The notes: generated by a model not told the origin, from the sequence alone. A stretch of 34,195 nt of DNA from an uncultured Alphaproteobacteria bacterium (GCA_965651535.1 CBFGSX010000002.1:1-34195); one strand, 5' to 3'; shown: positions 15,470 through 25,370, counted from the first letter of the stretch. Numbers and translations: made by a program.

Positions 15470-18112
15470 ATGAAAACCTTGACCGACATTCGCCGCACAT
15501 TTTTGGACTATTTTGCCAAGCAGGGGCACAGTGTTGTGTCCTCGGCGCCGCTTGTGCCGCAAAACGACCCGACGCTGATGTTCGTCAATTCGGGTATGGC
15601 GCCGTTCAAGGATTTGTTCACCGGACGGGAGACGCGCGACTATACCCGCGCGACCTCGTCACAAAAATGCGTCCGCGCGGGCGGCAAGCATAATGACCTT
15701 GAGAATGTCGGTTACACGGCGCGTCACCATACGTTTTTCGAAATGTTGGGGAATTTCTCCTTCGGCGATTATTTCAAGGAAGAGGCCATCACTTTTGCAT
15801 GGGAGATGATCTCGAAGGAATTCGCCCTGCCCAAGGATAAATTGCTGGTCACGGTTTATCATACCGATGACGAGGCGGTGGCGTTGTGGAAAAAAATTGC
15901 CGGTTTTTCCGATGATAAAATTATCCGCATTTCCACCAATGACAATTTCTGGTCGATGGGCGATACTGGCCCGTGCGGCCCGTCTTCGGAGGTTTTTATC
16001 GATCGTGGCGAGCATATTTTCGGCGGCCCGCCAGGGTCAAAGGACGAGGATGGCGACCGTTTCCTCGAGTTCTGGAATCTTGTGTTCATGCAATATGAAC
16101 AGGTCGATAAAGATACGCGCATCGCCTTGCCCAAGAAATGCATCGACACGGGCATGGGCCTCGAGCGCATGGCGGCGATTTTGCAGGACAAGGAAAATAA
16201 TTACGACATTGATCTGTTCCAGGCGATTATCGGCGACATTCAGGAACGCACGAAAACCAAGGGCGAGGGCGAAAATCTGGTCTCGCAGCGCGTGATCGCC
16301 GATCACCTTCGCGCCTCGTCGTTTTTGATCGCCGACGGCGTACTGCCGTCCAATGAGGGGCGCGGTTACGTCCTGCGCCGGATCATGCGCCGCGCCATGC
16401 GCCATGCGCATTTGCTAGGGGCGAAAGGCGCGCTCATGCATCAATTGGTGCCGGCATTGGTTGCGCAAATGGGCACGGCATACCCCGAGCTGAACCGCGC
16501 CGAGGCGTTGATTGTCGACACGCTGTCGCGCGAGGAAAACCGTTTCCGCGAAACCTTGGCGCGCGGGCTGAAATTGCTCGACGACGAAACCGCAAAACTG
16601 AAATCGGGCGGCACGCTGCCGGGCGAAATCGCGTTCAAACTCTATGATACGTTCGGTTTTCCGGTCGATCTGACCAATGATGTGCTGGTGCGCAAGGGTT
16701 ATGCGCTCGACAGCGCGGGTTTCGACGCGGCCATGCAAAAGCAACAGGAAACGGCGCGCAAGTCGTGGACGGGTTCGGGCGACGCCGCCACGGATAAAAT
16801 CTGGTTTGAAGTCGCGCAAAAAACCGGCACGCCGGAATTTCTGGGTTACGGCACGACGACGGCGCAAGGCGTCGTCACGGCCATCGTCAAGGACGGGAAA
16901 ATCGTTACGGACGCCAAACAGGGCGACGAGGTGCAGATCGTTTTGTCGCAAACGCCGTTCTATGCCGAAAGCGGCGGACAGGTCGGCGATACGGGCGTAT
17001 TGTTGGGCGAGAATAAGTTGAAGATCGACATTGCCGATACGAAAAAACCCGTTTCGGGGCTGATCGTGCATAGCGGCAAAGTCGCCTCGGGCGTCGTCAA
17101 GACGGGTGACGGTCTGGAGGCGCAGGTCGATGAAACGCGCCGCCGGAACATCATGGCGCATCACTCGGGCGTGCATTTGCTGCATGAGGCGTTGCGTCGC
17201 AATTTGGGCGAGCATATCGCGCAGAAGGGCTCGCTGGTCGAAGCGAACCGCCTGCGCCTCGATTTTAGCCAGCCCGATCCGATCACCGACGAACAAATGG
17301 CGAAAATCGTCGCGGATGTGCGCGCGCAGATCGCCGCCAATACGCCCATCACCACGCGTGTCATGTCGCTCGACGAGGCGCAGGAAACGGGCGCGCGCGC
17401 CCTGTTCGGCGAGAAATACGGCGCGGAAGTGCGCGTCGTCGGTATGGGCACGCTTGAAAACGGCAAGCAATACTCGGTGGAGCTTTGCGGCGGCACGCAT
17501 GTGAAGAACACGGGCGAGATCGGCGCGTTCCGCATTGTTTCCGAGGGCGGTGTCTCGGCGGGCGTGCGCCGTATTTCGGCGGTCGTCGGAATCGCAGCCG
17601 AAAAACAAGCCGATGAAAATGAATTGCTGTTGTCGGAAATCGCAGAAATGTTCAAGGTTCCCGTCTCCGGCGTGGCCGAGCGCATCAAGAAACTGCAACA
17701 GGAAAACCACGAGTTGAAAACCGAAGCCGGGGCGCTACGTAAAAGAGCGGCGCTTGGCGGCGGTGGCGCGGCGGAAGCCGTCGAGGATGTCGGCGGCGTG
17801 AAATTGATTGCGCGGCTTTTCGACGATATGCCGCCCAAGGATCTGCGTCCTTTGGCCGACCAGTTCAAGAAACAGCTGGGATCGGGCGTGGTGGTGCTGT
17901 TGACGCGGGCCGAGGGCCGCGCGTCGCTGGTGGTCGGCGTGACCGACGATCTGACGGCCCGAATCAACGCCGTGGATCTGGTAAAAGTCGCCGCCGAGGC
18001 GCTGGGCGGCAAGGGCGGCGGCGGCCGCCCCGACATGGCGCAGGCAGGCGGGCCGGAAGTGGCCGCGGCGGAGATGGCGGTTGACCATATTCGCAAGAGT
18101 TTGGCGGCTTGA
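15470..18112 (+). CDS. alaS: alanine--tRNA ligase
   Basis: [57 protein letters not shown] and the editing-domain HSGVHLLH...CGGTH motifs identify it. The first 262 codons of the 1142-aa track ORF are antisense to ftsE and are not part of the gene. Confidence 0.97.
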   Translation: MKTLTDIRRTFLDYFAKQGHSVVSSAPLVPQNDPTLMFVNSGMAPFKDLFTGRETRDYTRATSSQKCVRAGGKHNDLENVGYTARHHTFFEMLGNFSFGDYFKEEAITFAWEMISKEFALPKDKLLVTVYHTDDEAVALWKKIAGFSDDKIIRISTNDNFWSMGDTGPCGPSSEVFIDRGEHIFGGPPGSKDEDGDRFLEFWNLVFMQYEQVDKDTRIALPKKCIDTGMGLERMAAILQDKENNYDIDLFQAIIGDIQERTKTKGEGENLVSQRVIADHLRASSFLIADGVLPSNEGRGYVLRRIMRRAMRHAHLLGAKGALMHQLVPALVAQMGTAYPELNRAEALIVDTLSREENRFRETLARGLKLLDDETAKLKSGGTLPGEIAFKLYDTFGFPVDLTNDVLVRKGYALDSAGFDAAMQKQQETARKSWTGSGDAATDKIWFEVAQKTGTPEFLGYGTTTAQGVVTAIVKDGKIVTDAKQGDEVQIVLSQTPFYAESGGQVGDTGVLLGENKLKIDIADTKKPVSGLIVHSGKVASGVVKTGDGLEAQVDETRRRNIMAHHSGVHLLHEALRRNLGEHIAQKGSLVEANRLRLDFSQPDPITDEQMAKIVADVRAQIAANTPITTRVMSLDEAQETGARALFGEKYGAEVRVVGMGTLENGKQYSVELCGGTHVKNTGEIGAFRIVSEGGVSAGVRRISAVVGIAAEKQADENELLLSEIAEMFKVPVSGVAERIKKLQQENHELKTEAGALRKRAALGGGGAAEAVEDVGGVKLIARLFDDMPPKDLRPLADQFKKQLGSGVVVLLTRAEGRASLVVGVTDDLTARINAVDLVKVAAEALGGKGGGGRPDMAQAGGPEVAAAEMAVDHIRKSLAA

Positions 18113-18119
18113 GAAAAGG

Positions 18120-18194
18120 CCGTCATCCCGCGCTTGACGCGGGATCCTTGGGAAATTCCAGCGCAAGGATGGCGGGTCAAGCCCGCCATGACGG
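18120..18194. repeat. pair of inverted REP-like hairpin elements (GTCAT-stem-loop-ATCC family)
   Basis: 18120-18149 reads CCGTCATCCCGCGCTTGACGCGGGATCCTT. The reverse complement of 18165-18194 reads CCGTCATGGCGGGCTTGACCCGCCATCCTT. Confidence 0.7.
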
Positions 18195-18275
18195 TTACGG
18201 GGGGTTAGAGAACTCTTAACGCCCTTGTGGTGAAGTGGAGTGTATTATATGTGCAAGATTCCCCAAAGGCAGGGC

Positions 18276-20111
18276 ATGACCCCGATTTTACGTCATTTAA
18301 TGCTGTCGACCGCGCTGGGCGCGATGGTGCTGTTGGCCGGGTGCGACCGTCCCAAGGAAAAGCCACCCGCCAGCGATGACTTTGTCGAGGTCGAGCCGAT
18401 TTATTTGTCGCCCTCGGTGGCGGGGAATTATCTGGCCGGGCGTTTCGCCGTCGGCCGCGACGATTTATCTTCGGCGACGCAATTCTATGAATTCGCCATC
18501 GCCAGCGCCAAAGCCGAGGACAAGGAATTTCTGATTGAGCGTGCCTTGCCGACTTCTATCGGCGCGGGCGAATTTGACAAGGCGCTCAAGCTGGCGCGAC
18601 AGGTCGATCTCGAAAAACCTCTGGCCACCAGCCAGCTGGCCTTGACCGTTTTGCTGGTCGATGCGTTCAAGCGCAATAGCGTGGACGATATCCGAAAATA
18701 TCTGCCCAATCTGCGTACGGACGGCTTTGGCCGCTTGCTCAAGCCCTTGATGGAAGTCTGGTTGTCGGTCGCCGAGAACAAGACCGCGCAAGCCTTTGAC
18801 CAACTGGGCGCGCTGACAAAACAATACCCCAGCCTTGGGCCGCTGGCGCAGATGCATACCGCTTTCGTCTATGACGCCGCCGACAATGCCGAGGGCGCCT
18901 CGCGTTTTTACGCCAAGTCGCTGGACGCGCATGCCTCGATCCGCGCGGTGTGGCTGGTGGCGCAATTCTACGAACGACAGAAAGACACGGAAAAAGCCAT
19001 TGCGCTCTATAGCGACCTTGCCGAGAAGATGCAGGGCTCGCCTTTTGCCGGGTTGATTATCCGACGGCTGGAAGAGGGGCGCCTGAACGCCGAAAACCAG
19101 ATCACCGATCCCAAACACGGCGTCGCCGCGGCGCTGTATGACGTTGCCACGGTGCTGCATCAGGAAAATTCGCTGCGTCTGGCGCTGTTGTATGGTCAGC
19201 TGGCGCATATGCTGGTGCCCAAGGATCCGTTTGTGAATATGCTGCTGGGCGATATTATTTCCGCTTCGTCCCTCAGCGATCCGGCGGAGGCCTATTATCG
19301 GAATATCGGCGAGAACAGCGATTTCCACGTGCTGGCGCAGATGCGGCTGGCGCAAATCCATGAATCGCGCGGCGACTTGCAAAAGGCGATTGCTTTGCTC
19401 GAGGGGCTGGCGGAGGATCCGATCATCGCGCGCAACGCGTTGACCGAGATCGCCGACATCCACCGCCGCGATGAGAATTTCAAGGCGGCGATCCCGTACT
19501 ACTCCAAGGCTATCGAGACAATCACCGAGCCGGTGGAATCCGACTGGCCGCTTTATTACGCGCGCGGCATTTGTTACGAGCGCGCCAAGGATTGGGACAA
19601 GGCCGAGGCCGATCTGCAACAGGCGCTCAAGCTCAGCCCGCAACAGCCCGAAGTTTTGAATTATCTGGCCTATTCCTGGGCCGATAGCGGAAAAAATCTG
19701 GATCAGGCGCTGGAGATGCTGCAAAACGCGCTGGCCGGTGCGCCGGACGATCCTTATATCACCGATAGCGTCGGCTGGGCGCTTTATAAGCTGGGGCGTT
19801 TTGAGGATGCGGTGCCGTATCTTGAGGCCGCCGTGCAGCAGCTTCCTGCCGATCCGACGATCAACGATCATCTGGGTGATGTTTACTGGCGCGTGGGCCG
19901 CAGGCTGGAGGCACGGTTCCAATGGGAACGCGCGCTCAAGAGCGCAACCGAGAAAGAAGCCGAGCTAAAGGACCAGATCCGTATCAAGCTGGCGCACGGC
20001 TTGCCAAGCCTTTTGGCGCCGATCGAGCCGAAAAAGAAAAACATCGTCACGGAAAACAGCCGCAAAGCGTCTGATTTGCCTGCGTCCGACTTGTCCAAGG
20101 ATGAGAATTAA
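18276..20111 (+). CDS. tetratricopeptide-repeat lipoprotein
   Basis: MTPILRHLMLSTALGAMVLLAGC carries a lipobox. Multiple TPR-like repeats follow in the C-terminal half (e.g. YYARGICYERAKDWDKAEADLQQALKLSP and LNYLAYSWADSG). I took the start at ATG 18276; the track start is GTG 18240. Confidence 0.75.
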   Translation: MTPILRHLMLSTALGAMVLLAGCDRPKEKPPASDDFVEVEPIYLSPSVAGNYLAGRFAVGRDDLSSATQFYEFAIASAKAEDKEFLIERALPTSIGAGEFDKALKLARQVDLEKPLATSQLALTVLLVDAFKRNSVDDIRKYLPNLRTDGFGRLLKPLMEVWLSVAENKTAQAFDQLGALTKQYPSLGPLAQMHTAFVYDAADNAEGASRFYAKSLDAHASIRAVWLVAQFYERQKDTEKAIALYSDLAEKMQGSPFAGLIIRRLEEGRLNAENQITDPKHGVAAALYDVATVLHQENSLRLALLYGQLAHMLVPKDPFVNMLLGDIISASSLSDPAEAYYRNIGENSDFHVLAQMRLAQIHESRGDLQKAIALLEGLAEDPIIARNALTEIADIHRRDENFKAAIPYYSKAIETITEPVESDWPLYYARGICYERAKDWDKAEADLQQALKLSPQQPEVLNYLAYSWADSGKNLDQALEMLQNALAGAPDDPYITDSVGWALYKLGRFEDAVPYLEAAVQQLPADPTINDHLGDVYWRVGRRLEARFQWERALKSATEKEAELKDQIRIKLAHGLPSLLAPIEPKKKNIVTENSRKASDLPASDLSKDEN

Positions 20112-21637
20112 TGTCGCTGTGGTCGCGCCGCCTGAAACCGCTGATGCCGGGCCGCGAAGAGCGCGTCTTTCACGATCCGATGGAAGCCGTGGCTTATTTG
20201 GAAAAGCTCTACACGCATAACGTGCTTTATTTGCGGCAGGAATTCGACGCTTTCGCGCGCAATCAGGCGATGGACGCGCCGCATATCCGTGCCTGTTATC
20301 CGTTTATCCGTATCGAGGTCACCGACCGCCGCCGCGCCGATTCGCCGCTGGCCTATGGCTATGTGTCGCAGCCGGGGATTTACGAGACGACGGTATCGCG
20401 TCCCGACATTATGGGGCGTTACTATCTCAAGCAGCTCAGCCTGTTGCAGGCCAATCACAAGGTGCCGTTCACCGTCGGCGTCAGCGAGACGCCGATCCCG
20501 ATTCATTTCGCGCTTGGCGAGAACCAGCATCTCGAAGGCCTGATTACGCAGGAAAAAATCGACCAGCTTCCGAATGTTTTCGACCTGCCGGATCTCAAGG
20601 AAATGGACGACCAGATCGCCAACGGCACGTTTAACTGGCGGGCGCGGGAATCCCGCCCGTTGTCGTTGTTCACCGCGCCGCGCGTGGATATCAGCCTCCA
20701 GCGCCTGCGCCATTATACCGGCACCGATCCGGCGCACTTCCAGAATTTCGTGATCTTCACCAACTATGCGTTCTATGTCGAGGAGTTCTCGAAGATGGCG
20801 CGCGATTTGATGAGTCCGGCAAAGAACGACGCGGCGCGCGACGAAAGCCTGCAATACGAGGCCTTTATCGAGCCGGGCAATATCGTGACGCAAAATGCCA
20901 ATTTGCCGTTGCGCGAGTATCCGCCGGGCCATGCGCTAAACCGTCTGCCGCAAATGCCGGCCTATCATTTGACGCGCGCCGACGGCAGCGGCATCACCAT
21001 GGTCAATATCGGCGTCGGGCCGTCAAACGCGAAGAATATTACGGATCACGTCGCCGTGCTGCGTCCGCATGCGTGGCTGATGCTGGGACATTGCGCGGGC
21101 CTGCGCAACAGCCAGGCTTTGGGCGATTACGTGCTGGCGCACGCCTATCTGCGCGAGGATCGCGTCCTCGATGACGATGTGCCGCCGATCGTGCCGATCC
21201 CGGCGCTGGCCGAAATTCAGGTCGCCCTCGAACAGGCCGTGGCGCAGGTCACGGGCCTCAAACGCGCGGAAATCAAAAAGATCATGCGTACCGGCACGGT
21301 CGCCTCGACCATGGATCGCAACTGGGAGCTGAACGATTACGATATCCCGACGAAGCTGCTCAGCCAGGGGCGGGCCGTGGCGCTGGATATGGAATCGGCG
21401 ACCATCGCAACAAACGGCTTCCGTTTCCGCGTACCATACGGGACGTTGTTATGCGTATCGGACAAGCCGCTGCACGGCCAGATCAAGCTGCCCGGCATGG
21501 CCGACGAGTTTTACCGCCGCCGCGTCGATCAGCATTTACGTATCGGAATCAGGACGATGGAGCTGCTTCGTGAAGTGGGGATGGAAAACCTCCACAGCCG
21601 CAAGTTAAGAAGCTTTAACGAAGTCGCCTTTCAGTAA
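20111..21637 (+). CDS. amn: AMP nucleosidase
   Basis: ITMVNIGVGPSNAKNITDHVAVLRPHAWLMLGHCAGLRNSQALGDYVLAHAYLREDRVLDD closely matches the Amn catalytic (PNP/UDP-type) domain. At 508 aa it is the right size. The ATG overlaps the upstream TAA (TAATG). Confidence 0.9.
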   Translation: MSLWSRRLKPLMPGREERVFHDPMEAVAYLEKLYTHNVLYLRQEFDAFARNQAMDAPHIRACYPFIRIEVTDRRRADSPLAYGYVSQPGIYETTVSRPDIMGRYYLKQLSLLQANHKVPFTVGVSETPIPIHFALGENQHLEGLITQEKIDQLPNVFDLPDLKEMDDQIANGTFNWRARESRPLSLFTAPRVDISLQRLRHYTGTDPAHFQNFVIFTNYAFYVEEFSKMARDLMSPAKNDAARDESLQYEAFIEPGNIVTQNANLPLREYPPGHALNRLPQMPAYHLTRADGSGITMVNIGVGPSNAKNITDHVAVLRPHAWLMLGHCAGLRNSQALGDYVLAHAYLREDRVLDDDVPPIVPIPALAEIQVALEQAVAQVTGLKRAEIKKIMRTGTVASTMDRNWELNDYDIPTKLLSQGRAVALDMESATIATNGFRFRVPYGTLLCVSDKPLHGQIKLPGMADEFYRRRVDQHLRIGIRTMELLREVGMENLHSRKLRSFNEVAFQ

Positions 21638-21711
21638 ATTTAACAGAATTTACAGCTTTGGCCCTATGATGGACTCTGGTAAAATCTGTCCACAGGGGTC
21701 CCGGTGTCCGT

Positions 21712-24468
21712 ATGTCCGACGACATATTGAAAGACAAGCTGAGCGATTTCCTGTCGGTTTCGCCGGACGTGTTCTGGGAAACCGACAGCACGGGACGTTT
21801 GACCTATATTTCCATGCAGATCGCGGCGCTGGTGGACACGCCGCCGGAGAAAATCCTCAACACGCCGCTGGCGGAGCTTTTTGACGGCGCCAGCTGCGCC
21901 GCGGAATGGCAGAGTTGGGTCAATGCCTGCCTGAAGGGGAAATTGTCGCCGCTTGCGGCCATGCCTGTTGAAGTGGAGGAAGGGCGCCTTGTCTATGTCG
22001 CCGCCCACGCGCAGCGCTTTGCGCGCGGCCTGCGCGGTTATATCCGCGACATCACGGAGTCCGTCGAGCATTTCCAAAACGCGCGCGTGATCGAGAACCA
22101 GCTGGCCGACACGATTGAGGCCATCCCCTATGGCGTGGCGCTGTTCGACAGGGACGACAAGCTGGTCTTTATCAACAGCAACAACCGCGACGTCTTTCCG
22201 AATATGCAGGATTTGATGAAGCCCGGCACGCCTTTCGAGGAATTTGTCCGCCGGATGTTCGAGCTGCGGATGCAGATGGTGCCCGAGGGAACCGAAGAGT
22301 ATTATATTCAAAAGCGTCTGCGTTTGCACCGCAACGGCTATGGTCGCCGCGAAGTGCGCATGAAGGACGATTTGTGGGTCGAGATCAGCGAACATATCAC
22401 GCCCGAAGGTAACGTCGTGGTGGCGTGGTCGGATCTGACCGCGCAGAAACGCCGCGAGAATGCGCTGGCATCCTTGCTTAGCGACGAGTCCGGTGACGCC
22501 ATGAGCGTGCCGCAACGCGCGGCCAAGGCCGTGGCGCTGGCGCTGGGTTGCCGTTTCGGCGGGGTGGCGCGCCGGATCGAGGCGACGGACAAGGCCGAGA
22601 TGATTGCGCTGTGGAATACGGATCATTTCGCCGGAAATTTCAGCTATCCGTTTCAGGACGCGCCTTGTGCTGAGGTTTACGCGCAGGGCGGCTATGTCTG
22701 TCACACCGAAAACGTCAAGGAAAAATTCGCGCCAAGCGGCCTGCCGCAGGGAATGACGCCGACCTGTTACCACGGCTTTGCTTTGCGCGATCAGGAAGGC
22801 CGCATCATCGGGCATATTTTTGCCATGGATGACAAGGTTGAACGTGCGCAATCGGCCAATGGCCGCGAGGCGTTCCATTTGATCGCGCATTGGGTCGAGA
22901 TGGAATTCCGCCGTCAGGCACTGCACGAGAAAATCGTTGAGACGCAAGACCGATTCCGCGATTTCGCCGAGGTCGCCTCGGATTGGTTCTGGGAGATGGA
23001 CGATCGCTTGAATTTCCGCTTTGTCTCGGAACACGCGCCCAAAGAGGCGCTCGACCAGCTGGCGCGGATGATCCGCACCGCGCATGAGGAAGAAACCGAC
23101 TGGTCGCAAATGGCTTTGGCGCAGGCGTCGAGCAAGATTGTCGCGCGCCGCGCCTTCCGCGATCTGGCGATTACGCTGAAAAACAACAAGGACGAGGAGC
23201 AGATGTTCCTGCTGAGCGGGCGCCCCGTGTCGGACGATGACGGCGCGTTCAACGGCTATCGCGGGACGGGGACGGATATTTCCGACATACTGGCGGCGAA
23301 CAAGCGCGCCACCCGCGCCGAGAACTGGCTGTGGGACATCATTGAATCCTCGCCCGAGGCCTTTGTGCTGTATGACAAGGAAGATCGCCTGCAATTCTGC
23401 AACCGGAAATATAAGGATATCTTTTTCCCGAAACTGGCCGACAGGATCAAGCCGGGCATCAAGTTCGACGAATTGCTGGATATGTTTTTCAGTCAGGGCA
23501 TCGCTGATCTGCCGCCCGAAAAAATTCCCAAGTGGAAGGAAAACCGTCTGCGCCACCGCGGCCTGGCCGAGGCCTCGCCCTATAACGAGACGCGCGTGTC
23601 GGGCAAGACTTATCTGGCGGTCGAACACCGCACCAAAGAAGGCGGCATTGCCACCTTTTATGTCGATATCACCGAAATGCATGAACACGAACAGATTTTG
23701 ATGCGTGCCAAGGAAGTCGCCGAAAGCGCCAATCGCAGCAAGAGCGAGTTTCTGGCGAATATCAGCCATGAATTGCGCACGCCGCTTAATGCGATCATCG
23801 GCTTTTCGGAGCTGATCCGCGACGATCTGGCCGGGCCGCCGAACAGCGCCAAATACAAGGAATACATCAACGACATCCACAATAGCGGGATGCATTTGAT
23901 GGAATTGATCAACGATATTCTCGACCTGTCCAAGGCCGAGGCCGGAATGATCGAAGGCAATGACCGCCTGACCGACGCCGCCGAGGTGATCGAGGCCTGT
24001 CTGAAACTGATGGGGCCGAAGGCCGAGCGCGCCTATGTCAAGCTGATGGTGCATTACCCGGATGACCTGCCGTATTTGTGGATGGATCCGAAGCATCTGC
24101 GGCAGATTTTGCTCAATCTGGTTTCCAACGCCGTGAAATTTACGCCCGAGGGCGGCACGGTCGACGTATCCGTCGCCGTGGACGACAAGGGCTTGCATCT
24201 GACGGTCAAGGACACCGGCATCGGAATGCGTTCCGAGGATGTGCCCAAGGCGCTGGCGCCTTTCGGCCAGATCGACAGTTCATTGGCGCGTAAATATCAG
24301 GGAACGGGTCTGGGCCTGCCGCTCACGAACCGCCTGATGGAGCATTACAAGGGCAGTTTGGACATCGACACCGCGCCGAATAAAGGCACATCGGTGACCA
24401 TTACCTTTGGCCCCGCCCGCCTGCGCCAGCCGGACGGGAAGTCCGTTACCAAAGCCGCGGCAGAGTGA
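21712..24468 (+). CDS. soluble multi-PAS/GAF sensor histidine kinase
   Basis: It has an H-box (SEFLANISHELRTPLNAIIGFSE), N-box (LLNLVSNAVKFTPEGG), G1 (VKDTGIGM) and G2 (GTGLGLPL). Several PAS-like segments are present (FWETDSTGRLTYIS, FWEMDDRLNFRFVS, AFVLYDKEDRLQFCN). There is no obvious TM segment and no receiver domain. Confidence 0.9.
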   Translation: MSDDILKDKLSDFLSVSPDVFWETDSTGRLTYISMQIAALVDTPPEKILNTPLAELFDGASCAAEWQSWVNACLKGKLSPLAAMPVEVEEGRLVYVAAHAQRFARGLRGYIRDITESVEHFQNARVIENQLADTIEAIPYGVALFDRDDKLVFINSNNRDVFPNMQDLMKPGTPFEEFVRRMFELRMQMVPEGTEEYYIQKRLRLHRNGYGRREVRMKDDLWVEISEHITPEGNVVVAWSDLTAQKRRENALASLLSDESGDAMSVPQRAAKAVALALGCRFGGVARRIEATDKAEMIALWNTDHFAGNFSYPFQDAPCAEVYAQGGYVCHTENVKEKFAPSGLPQGMTPTCYHGFALRDQEGRIIGHIFAMDDKVERAQSANGREAFHLIAHWVEMEFRRQALHEKIVETQDRFRDFAEVASDWFWEMDDRLNFRFVSEHAPKEALDQLARMIRTAHEEETDWSQMALAQASSKIVARRAFRDLAITLKNNKDEEQMFLLSGRPVSDDDGAFNGYRGTGTDISDILAANKRATRAENWLWDIIESSPEAFVLYDKEDRLQFCNRKYKDIFFPKLADRIKPGIKFDELLDMFFSQGIADLPPEKIPKWKENRLRHRGLAEASPYNETRVSGKTYLAVEHRTKEGGIATFYVDITEMHEHEQILMRAKEVAESANRSKSEFLANISHELRTPLNAIIGFSELIRDDLAGPPNSAKYKEYINDIHNSGMHLMELINDILDLSKAEAGMIEGNDRLTDAAEVIEACLKLMGPKAERAYVKLMVHYPDDLPYLWMDPKHLRQILLNLVSNAVKFTPEGGTVDVSVAVDDKGLHLTVKDTGIGMRSEDVPKALAPFGQIDSSLARKYQGTGLGLPLTNRLMEHYKGSLDIDTAPNKGTSVTITFGPARLRQPDGKSVTKAAAE

Positions 24469-24471
24469 TTT

Positions 24472-25146
24472 CTAAAACCGGAACCAGTTCATAAAGGGCC
24501 GCAGCATGACGGGCGGCATCGGGCGCTCGCGCGGCTCAAGACCCCAGGCGCGGCAAACCTCGTAATAGCAATCATTCGCCACGGCCCAGTAAACGGCGGG
24601 CTCTTTCATCTGGATGCGCAGGCGCAAAGAACGCCAGTTGCGGACGTCCTGCGGTGTCGGTTCGGTCGTCAGGCGGATCTGTTCCAAAAGCGTTTGGTAT
24701 TCCGAGCGCAGCACATCATGCTCGCGGGCGCGCGCCGTGACGTTCCAGACCAAAGTCCCCGCCGCAAGGCCGATAATCCCGAGGCCCATCCAGAGTTTCT
24801 CGGACAGGCCGAACATAAATCCCGCCGCGCCCATCACGATCACGCCCAGCATCATCAGGCGGAAAGCCGTGTCGAAATGCTGTTTCCGGCGGTTGTGATA
24901 GCGCACCGAAACCTCGGTGGCAAAGGCCAGCTTGTCGTAGGAATCGAGGCTGCTTTCGTCGTTGGCGGGCTGGGGGATGACGACATGCGGCGCGTGCTCG
25001 TTCTGGGGGATCTCGTCATTGGGCTGGGAATGCGCCGACCAGCTCGTGCCGCCGAAAGCCTGATGATAGCCGAAGCGGGCGCCGTCGCCGAAACCCTGCG
25101 GGCTCGGCACAAGCGGCTGACGGATATCGTTTGCCGGTGACGGCAT
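24472..25146 (-). CDS. hypothetical two-TM membrane protein (SLATT/DUF4231-like architecture)
   Basis: This 224-aa protein has a ~75-aa Pro/Gln-rich low-complexity N-terminus. It is followed by VRYHNRRKQHFDTAF, TM1 (RLMMLGVIVMGAAGFMFG), a short loop, TM2 (LWMGLGIIGLAAGTLVWN), and then the helix ARAREHDVLRSEYQTLLEQI. The family assignment is by pattern only. Confidence 0.6.
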   Translation of the reverse strand: MPSPANDIRQPLVPSPQGFGDGARFGYHQAFGGTSWSAHSQPNDEIPQNEHAPHVVIPQPANDESSLDSYDKLAFATEVSVRYHNRRKQHFDTAFRLMMLGVIVMGAAGFMFGLSEKLWMGLGIIGLAAGTLVWNVTARAREHDVLRSEYQTLLEQIRLTTEPTPQDVRNWRSLRLRIQMKEPAVYWAVANDCYYEVCRAWGLEPRERPMPPVMLRPFMNWFRF

Positions 25147-25286
25147 TTTTCTTTCCCCCTTTGAAAAGGAGCGAATATAAACGCATATTCGCCGGAATCG
25201 GTCAAGACTCTTTCAAAAGAGGGATTTGATATACTTTTACTTGACAAAATCCGCGCTATACTGGCGGCGATTCAGGCGTCCTAAAA

Positions 25287-25363
25287 GACCCCGTAGCTCA
25301 ACCGGATAGAGCAACTGCCTTCTAAGCAGTAGGTTGCAGGTTCGACTCCTGCCGGGGTCGCCA
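25287..25363 (+). tRNA. tRNA-Arg (anticodon UCU)
   Basis: A 77-nt cloverleaf is readable. The acceptor stem pairs GACCCCG with CGGGGTC. The D arm is GCTC/GAGC. The anticodon stem ACTGC/GCAGT carries the loop CTTCTAA (anticodon TCT). The T arm is GCAGG-TTCGACT-CCTGC. The discriminator is G and the CCA is encoded. Confidence 0.95.
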
Positions 25364-25370
25364 TTTTTTG

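Noticed and set aside
16415-17710. A 431-aa minus-strand ORF. Similar long ORFs occur at 18465..19922 (-), 20108..20932 (-), 26746..27990 (+) and 11938..13678 (+).
   Set aside because: All are antisense or out-of-frame shadows of well-supported genes (alaS, TPR lipoprotein, amn, mutS, fliK).
21638-21711. A CtrA-like TTAA-N7-TTAA box (TTAACAGAATTTACA) upstream of the histidine kinase.
   Set aside because: The second half-site reads TACA (or TTAC with the wrong spacing), which is not a convincing match.
21664-24198. An 844-aa minus-strand ORF, one of the longest in the track.
   Set aside because: It is entirely antisense to the histidine kinase, which has H, N, G1 and G2 boxes. The antisense product has no motifs and the usual R/A/G/L bias.
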